Below are positions 42,987 through 48,144 of a stretch of DNA of 48,144 nucleotides, one piece after another; the first letter of the stretch is position 1, and every line of letters starts with the position of its first letter. Location of the stretch: IMG/VR virus record IMGVR_UViG_3300037755_000147, positions 1 through 48,144 of that record; one strand, 5' to 3'. A model generated the notes under the pieces. It searched no databases. It saw nothing but the letters and a program-made list of their open reading frames with translations, and was not told where the DNA came from. Position numbers and translations under genes: made by a program. The DNA comes from a virus. Taxonomy: Duplodnaviria; Caudoviricetes.

Positions 42987-45236
42987 CTATTGCCGGTCAA
43001 TGTTGATATCGGCCTGCTTGGCCTGCTGCGTCTGTGCCTGGAGGGCCATTTCCATTTGAGCCAGCCGCGTCTCAAGCAGCATCTCCGCCACCCGCATACG
43101 CTCCTCAAGGGCAAGTTTGGCAGCCGCCACACGGGTTTCCACCGCCGCATCGATCTCCGCCTCCCGCATCGCCGTTTCAGCCTCGATACCAGCCTCCACA
43201 AGCTGCGCCTGAGCGCCGAACTCCGCCACCTGCTGCTTGGTCATCGCGTCGGCCTGTGCCTTCTTGCCGGCAAGCTGCGCGTCGCCCTGCTGCTTCATCA
43301 TCTTGGCCTGATGGTCCAGCTTCACCTTCTCCATGCGCGGATCGGGCGGCGGTGGCTGGCGCTTGGCCTCCTCCATCTTCCGCGCCACAAGCTGCTTTAC
43401 CTGCTCGGGGGGATTGAAGAAGCTGGTCGAGGGGCCGACGCCCGTGAGCTGCGCGATCCTGGCGAGCGTATGTGCGTACTGATCCGGAGTGCAGACCGGG
43501 TTGTCGGCCCCAAGGGTGAGTAGGATTTCCTTCTGCTCCTGCTTGATCATCTGCAAAGCGACGAGGTTCTCATCCCGCGAGCCCGTCCCGAGGCCAACCA
43601 TGACCTCCAGCTCCATGTCGTCCGGCCAGTCCTTGGGGTTGACCGTCTTGTACTGCCCTGACTTGCGGATTTCCATCTGGCCGGACTCACTGGAGCGGAT
43701 CAGTGCCAGCACCTTGCGCGCCATGGGAACCAATGCCCGGTGTGCTATCGTGGCCGCGATCATCTCGGGCTGGGTCTGCCCCGCCCCCAGCACGGCCAGC
43801 ACGCCAATCTCCGAGGATGCCTGGAGGTTCTGCGCCGCAAGGCCCATGCTTTCCTTGCTGATGCCGGTGCGCTCCGCCCGCGTCTCGTTGAAGGCCTCAC
43901 GCACCATCAGGGCCTTGTCGCCAATGAAGGGCGTCACGTCCCAGGTAACAGCATCGGGATGGTCGACCTCAAAAACACCGTTGAACTTGTTTTCAATCAG
44001 GCTTTGCCGGTCGTATTGGTCCTTCACCGCCTTGCGGCGCGGGTTATTGACCAGCACCAGGTTATCCAGCACCTGCCGGGTAATCTGCGTCTCCACGTCC
44101 TGCAGGTCCATCACGTTGTCGGCCTGGCTCTCGCCAATCACATTGTGCTCAATGGCAATGGCGGGCGAGTCGCAGAACGGATGATCGTCCGCGTACTCAT
44201 CCTCGACAATCTCAGCCGGACCCTCTCCGATACCCACCACATGGCGCAGCTCGGCAAAGCCGTCGCCGTCCCTGTCAATGCGGATGTAGAGGTCGTAAAC
44301 CGCGATAGGCTGCGTGGCCTTGTCGGCGTTGCCGCGCTCCTCGGTCGGATCCTGAGTACCACCACGACGCGCCCGGCGCTCCTGGTCCATGTGATCCGAG
44401 GTGGCCCCGCCCGTGCCCGACCCGGCATGCTTGATCGCCGTATCCCAATCAACGCCCATCTCGACCACGTCGGAGACGGTCTTGATGCTCTTCTGGCCCA
44501 CCAGCTTATAGTGGCCGTACTCGGTCGAGGAAGCGCCGCGATCCACCAGGAACTCCTCGGGCGGCACCGGCTCAATACAGATGCGGCTCTTGCTGGAGCG
44601 GCGCCTTACCGTGGCGTTGACCCTCATTTGAGGCGCCGTGTAAATCCCTGGGATTTCCTCAATCCTAGCGTCCACCACCTCAATCTCGTCGCTGCCGGCC
44701 AGCATGAAGAACTCTTCCTGGCTGCCCTGGAACTCACGCTCCTGAACGCGCGTTTCGTCCTTCTCGTACACCTTGAAAACGCCCGTCTTGGCCTTCAGGC
44801 AATCCCTGACGAAGGTCTGCATGTTCAGCCAGCCAGGGTTCATGTTCCAGAAGATATGGCTTACAGCGTCGGTCGCGTCCTGGGCGTCCTGCTGCATCTT
44901 CGGGTCCATCGAGCCGGAGCGGAACGCCACCACGTCGGTTCCACCCGTGAAGATCCGCATAAGCTGGGGAACGGTCTGCTCGATGGTGTCGCGCACCACC
45001 CGCATGACGAACTTGGATCGGCCCTTCTGGGCCGGCAGGTCGCAGCCGCCATTGTAATAGATATGCGCCTTGGCACGCTCAGGGCTGATGTCCTGCTCGA
45101 TCCAGTTCTCAGCGTCGGAACAGATGTCCTTGATGGCCGAGGCATAGGCCTCATCGGACATGCCGGTTTCCTCCTCGGCCCGCTCTTCGCCTTCCATCTC
45201 GGCTATTTCTGCGGGGAGAAGGTCAACCATGCTCAC
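42987..45236 (-). CDS. Portal protein (P22-like, long C-terminal coiled coil)
   Basis: GRSKFV...VRDTIE, VPPEEFLVD, DLQD, Gln/Ala barrel; follows TerL. Confidence 0.9.
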   Translation of the reverse strand: MSMVDLLPAEIAEMEGEERAEEETGMSDEAYASAIKDICSDAENWIEQDISPERAKAHIYYNGGCDLPAQKGRSKFVMRVVRDTIEQTVPQLMRIFTGGTDVVAFRSGSMDPKMQQDAQDATDAVSHIFWNMNPGWLNMQTFVRDCLKAKTGVFKVYEKDETRVQEREFQGSQEEFFMLAGSDEIEVVDARIEEIPGIYTAPQMRVNATVRRRSSKSRICIEPVPPEEFLVDRGASSTEYGHYKLVGQKSIKTVSDVVEMGVDWDTAIKHAGSGTGGATSDHMDQERRARRGGTQDPTEERGNADKATQPIAVYDLYIRIDRDGDGFAELRHVVGIGEGPAEIVEDEYADDHPFCDSPAIAIEHNVIGESQADNVMDLQDVETQITRQVLDNLVLVNNPRRKAVKDQYDRQSLIENKFNGVFEVDHPDAVTWDVTPFIGDKALMVREAFNETRAERTGISKESMGLAAQNLQASSEIGVLAVLGAGQTQPEMIAATIAHRALVPMARKVLALIRSSESGQMEIRKSGQYKTVNPKDWPDDMELEVMVGLGTGSRDENLVALQMIKQEQKEILLTLGADNPVCTPDQYAHTLARIAQLTGVGPSTSFFNPPEQVKQLVARKMEEAKRQPPPPDPRMEKVKLDHQAKMMKQQGDAQLAGKKAQADAMTKQQVAEFGAQAQLVEAGIEAETAMREAEIDAAVETRVAAAKLALEERMRVAEMLLETRLAQMEMALQAQTQQAKQADINIDRQ

Positions 45237-46750
45237 AGCACCCAATCATCTTCAGGAACGTCAGCCGATGCATTGCCCCAGCGCGGCGTGCGGCTGTAGC
45301 CCTGCCCGAACTGGCGGAACGCATCGGCGCCGTGCGCGTACTGGTCATGCCTCGGATAGTCGCGCCAAGTGCCCAATTGCTCGTTCCAGTCCTTGCGGTA
45401 GTTGTCCAGGCAGGTAATGCCCTCAGCCGTAGCCTCAGCATCGAACCAGCAAGAGGCGAAGGCGTCGCGCGTCTGCTGAATGCCCGTCCCAATCTCAGGT
45501 GTGCGCGGCACGACGCGGGTGTGCTTCAGTCCCAGTTGCTCAATGACCTGTTGCCGTGACAGGTTTTGCAGTTGCGAGAGGTCCGTCACCTCAGCGTCAT
45601 GAGGCAGATAATGCTCACCCCAAGAGCAACCCTGCGGCAACCAGTCCTTCAACCACTTGACGTAATGGCCCAGGCTCTCACCATTGCTCTGGTAGAAGCC
45701 TATGAACCTGTCTTCCTTGCCGGTGTGCTGGTGCAGCCAGATGCTGTTCAGATCGTTGCGGCCAAGATCCCAGAACGTGTTGACCGGAACCGCCGTCTCG
45801 ACAGGAATGCGGCAGATACGGCCCTCTTTCCTGACCCGCGCCATTTCGTTGGCGTAGTAAGCACCCTCGACGGCAACCTCGAACGGCTCCTTGGGCGTGG
45901 ACGGAAACTCCCGCTTCATGTCGTCGCCCATCTGCTCCGCCTTTTTCGCGTACCAGGCCTTCTGTTCGTCATCCAGCCCGATGCCCTGCGATTCCAGCTT
46001 ATCGAAGTAGACTTTCAACTTCTGGTCTATGAAAACCCCGCGATCAGGGAGACGATGACTCCTTTTCATCCACCATGGGTAGAAATGAAACCTCGGATCA
46101 AGCGAGGTAAGGTGCGTCCCGGCCGTCTTCAGCTTCTCAGAACGCTGGCAGAGGTCGTAAAACTCGCCACCGATGCCCTCGGCGGTGCTCTCGATGTCAA
46201 TGAGCTGGCCGGCATGAACCGTGTTCAGCGCGCCGGTCTTGATTTCCTTGGCCTTCTCAGGGTATCTGGCGGAAATCTTGCCGTATTCGCTGACATGCAG
46301 ACGCTGCAACGTGCCGCCACGCAAACTGGTCCCAACTCGGACGCCCGAGCCGTTGCTGAACCTGATCTCGTTCGCACTGTCGGTGGTTGCCGCGACAACC
46401 TCCCGCAGCTCCTGAGGCAGCCTGTCGTAAGCGAACTTGATCTTGCTGCGGAAGATCGCCTTCGCGTCGTCAAGGCTTTGGGCAATGATGCCAAATTCGA
46501 TGTTGCTGTTGAATATGCAGTCGTCCAGCCCATCGATCTGGATAACCGTTGAAAACCCTAGGCGCCGAGCCTTTAGGATGCAGTTGAAGTGCCACCGATT
46601 GCCCAGGAAGTTGGCCTGATCCTCGTTGGGCCTGAAAAGAACCTCTTCGCCCTCTTCGTCGGTGATCCAGTAGAGATTGTGCAGCCGCCACATGCGGTTG
46701 CCGAAGGTCGCCGCGTACTTGTCAACCAGCGCCTTACTGGCCACGGCCAC
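45233..46750 (-). CDS. terL: Terminase large subunit (module 2)
   Basis: LKARRLGFST Walker A, LHVSE Walker B, IESTAEG, WDLG, HGADAFR. Confidence 0.95.
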   Translation of the reverse strand: MAVASKALVDKYAATFGNRMWRLHNLYWITDEEGEEVLFRPNEDQANFLGNRWHFNCILKARRLGFSTVIQIDGLDDCIFNSNIEFGIIAQSLDDAKAIFRSKIKFAYDRLPQELREVVAATTDSANEIRFSNGSGVRVGTSLRGGTLQRLHVSEYGKISARYPEKAKEIKTGALNTVHAGQLIDIESTAEGIGGEFYDLCQRSEKLKTAGTHLTSLDPRFHFYPWWMKRSHRLPDRGVFIDQKLKVYFDKLESQGIGLDDEQKAWYAKKAEQMGDDMKREFPSTPKEPFEVAVEGAYYANEMARVRKEGRICRIPVETAVPVNTFWDLGRNDLNSIWLHQHTGKEDRFIGFYQSNGESLGHYVKWLKDWLPQGCSWGEHYLPHDAEVTDLSQLQNLSRQQVIEQLGLKHTRVVPRTPEIGTGIQQTRDAFASCWFDAEATAEGITCLDNYRKDWNEQLGTWRDYPRHDQYAHGADAFRQFGQGYSRTPRWGNASADVPEDDWVL

Positions 46751-46751
46751 G

Positions 46752-47051
46752 CTAGGACCGCTCTTCCCTCGACTTCCTGTCGAAGGCGCTCAGCAGCGCC
46801 GCAAGGTCGCCGCCTACATCATGTTTCATGTCCAAACCCTGAGTGGGCTTGCCGTCCAGGCGGTCCCCGATCTCTTTCAGGGCAGCGACATCACCACCAA
46901 GCGCCTTCTCGACCAGAACCTCTGCCAGCAAGGCAAGCTTCTTGGTCTTTTGCCCAGACGCAGCCTCTCGTTTGACCGCGAGCATGAGTGCGTCGCGCCA
47001 AAGCTTGTCTGCTTTTGGTCCTGGCGACGGAAGAGGTCTCGGGTTTGCCAA
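46752..47051 (-). CDS. terS: Terminase small subunit (module 2, DUF5681-like)
   Basis: LVEKALGGDVAALKEIGDRLDGKPTQ; adjacent to TerL. Confidence 0.8.
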   Translation of the reverse strand: MANPRPLPSPGPKADKLWRDALMLAVKREAASGQKTKKLALLAEVLVEKALGGDVAALKEIGDRLDGKPTQGLDMKHDVGGDLAALLSAFDRKSREERS

Positions 47052-47061
47052 GTTTCGTACC

Positions 47062-47074
47062 TAATGTCTTGATA
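47062..47074 (-). promoter_or_regulatory. IHF-binding consensus
   Basis: TATCAAGACATTA matches WATCAANNNNTTR. Confidence 0.45.
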
Positions 47075-47116
47075 AGTATCAATTGTGCAGTGCAGCAAGA
47101 ATGCCGTTCGGTTCGC

Positions 47117-47440
47117 TCACCCCCAAGCCCCTTCGTGTGGCTTGGAGAAATGCGTGGTGCGCTCCTGCTTGAAGCCGTCACCTGGGCGGGTTGCCCTCAG
47201 CCTGGCCCGGTCGTTGTGGTCCAGGGTCAGGAAGGTGTTGGCTGGGAGGTTGTAGTGCTCCAGCCCGGTGAATCTGCCAATCTTGCGGGCCGCCTTGTCC
47301 ATGGGCTGGAACCAGATCTGGTGCCAACGGTCACGGCTCAGGCTGTCCGGGCTGATTTCCGCCGAGGCAGCAGGATGAAACAGAGCCGATACGGTAAAGG
47401 CCGTGGTCGTGACCAGAAAGGCGCGGCGGGTGATGTTCAC
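47117..47440 (-). CDS. Twin-arginine signal peptide protein
   Basis: GTG 47440 (GTGA overlap); MNITRRAFLV...PAASA. Confidence 0.6.
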   Translation of the reverse strand: MNITRRAFLVTTTAFTVSALFHPAASAEISPDSLSRDRWHQIWFQPMDKAARKIGRFTGLEHYNLPANTFLTLDHNDRARLRATRPGDGFKQERTTHFSKPHEGAWG

Positions 47441-47760
47441 CGATTCCTCGTCTGCAAAGAGAAATACCGCCCAAGCCGCTGCACATAGGCAAGGCTGGTG
47501 AGGATCAGGCGCCAGTCGCCAGGGTTCCACTCGTAGCGGCCAAGCAGGTAGTCAACAATCTCCCGGGCCAGGATGGGCGCGCTGGGCTTCTTGAGCTTAG
47601 CCGCGGCCTTTGACTTGCGCGGAGCCTCCAGAACCTCCTCCAGGTCATCCCGGCGCACGCTGGGAGCCGTTGTCAGTTCCGGGGCAGCATCCACGCCCTC
47701 AGGAGCGGGACGGGCCTTAGGCGGCCGCCCTAGGCGCTTCTTGGGGGGCGCGTCTGTCAT
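47437..47760 (-). CDS. Hypothetical protein with AT-hook-like motif
   Basis: KKRLGRPPK; AGGAG RBS. Confidence 0.6.
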   Translation of the reverse strand: MTDAPPKKRLGRPPKARPAPEGVDAAPELTTAPSVRRDDLEEVLEAPRKSKAAAKLKKPSAPILAREIVDYLLGRYEWNPGDWRLILTSLAYVQRLGRYFSLQTRNR

Positions 47761-48112
47761 GTTGTTCTCCTTGGATTAAGCGCTCAAGGCGCCAGCCTAT
47801 CCCGTAGCGAGTCGCCACCGTCCAGCCGTGCGGCCTGATTTTACACCTGACCCGGCAGATAAGCACCCGTACGGCGCAGTGCCATTGGTCTGGCATGTGG
47901 GCCGCCGAAGGCCACAGAATTTCCGAGATAGCCTCGCCAGACAGCTCGCGGTGAAACATCAGGGCGGTCAGCACCAGGCTTTCCTGATCCTTTAGCGCCG
48001 GACTCCAACTGCGCAAAGCCGTCATGTCCCTAGCTATGGCGTTAGCGGCCTTGCCAGCCTCGTACAGGCGCTTAATCTCATTCCAGGGAACGGGCTTGGT
48101 GTTAGCTGGCAT
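47717..48112 (-). CDS. Chimeric ORF: TerS-1 N-terminal 32 aa fused to an OmpR-type winged-helix domain
   Basis: First 32 aa identical to 4891-5562; then ILWP...VRVLICRVRCKI...TRYGIGWRL. Confidence 0.65.
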   Translation of the reverse strand: MPANTKPVPWNEIKRLYEAGKAANAIARDMTALRSWSPALKDQESLVLTALMFHRELSGEAISEILWPSAAHMPDQWHCAVRVLICRVRCKIRPHGWTVATRYGIGWRLERLIQGEQHDRRAPQEAPRAAA

Positions 48113-48144
48113 GGTTACTTCACCCTAAACCCCATCGGCAGCCT
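48018..48144 (+). repeat. 127-bp exact direct repeat, copy 2 (window end)
   Basis: Identical to 5468-5594. Confidence 0.97.

Larger units (their letters stand above)
1..48144. mobile_element. Temperate-type tailed phage (lambdoid early region plus podovirus-like morphogenesis region); 5468-48017 forms a potential 42,550-bp circular genome
   Basis: Terminases, portal, capsid, ejection, lysis, CI/Cro and ERF/YqaJ/SSB genes; no host housekeeping genes; terminal 127 bp identical to 5468-5594. Confidence 0.95.

Noticed and set aside
48018-48144. 127-bp repeat as a biological terminal repeat or attL/attR
   Set aside because: Ends exactly at the window edge, equals a common assembler k-mer, lies inside a gene, and its partner is internal rather than at the other end
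1-48144. Integrase, transposase, reverse transcriptase/DGR, tRNA, toxin-antitoxin or known defence systems
   Set aside because: No corresponding motifs or cloverleaf recognised by eye; HMM and tRNAscan searches would be needed to confirm absence

Overview
The whole window is temperate-type tailed phage DNA (GC-rich). The host is probably an alphaproteobacterium, judged from the GcrA-like and DUF6362-like genes. It has a lambdoid early region at 5.6-23.9 kb: a CI/Cro switch with four TTCAA-N5-TTGAA operators, CII-like, GcrA-like, C5-MTase, HNH, replication, ERF/YqaJ/SSB recombination genes and many small accessory ORFs. A complete podovirus-type late region lies at 23.9-47.1 kb on the minus strand: TerS/TerL, portal, scaffold, DUF5309-type capsid, adaptor, nozzle, ejection proteins, fibre and lysis genes. 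A second, unrelated TerS/TerL module followed by glycosyl/methyltransferase-like genes occupies 1-5.56 kb. The last 127 bp exactly repeat 5468-5594, so 5468-48017 closes into a 42,550-bp circle and the late operon branches into two alternative packaging modules; this may be a real mosaic or an assembly-graph path. No integrase, tRNA, CRISPR or reverse transcriptase is visible. Most notable: (1) a ~250-nt, heavily base-paired non-coding element sits where the origin-binding domain of the replication initiator should be, ahead of a C-terminal-domain-only initiator; (2) XerC/D dif-like sites with IHF boxes occur in the empty int/attP slot and near TerS-1; (3) there is a chromosomal-type parS site; (4) three small antisense membrane-protein morons lie in the virion operon; (5) accessory gene cassettes are bounded by short direct repeats. 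All family assignments come from motif recognition by eye, not database searches.
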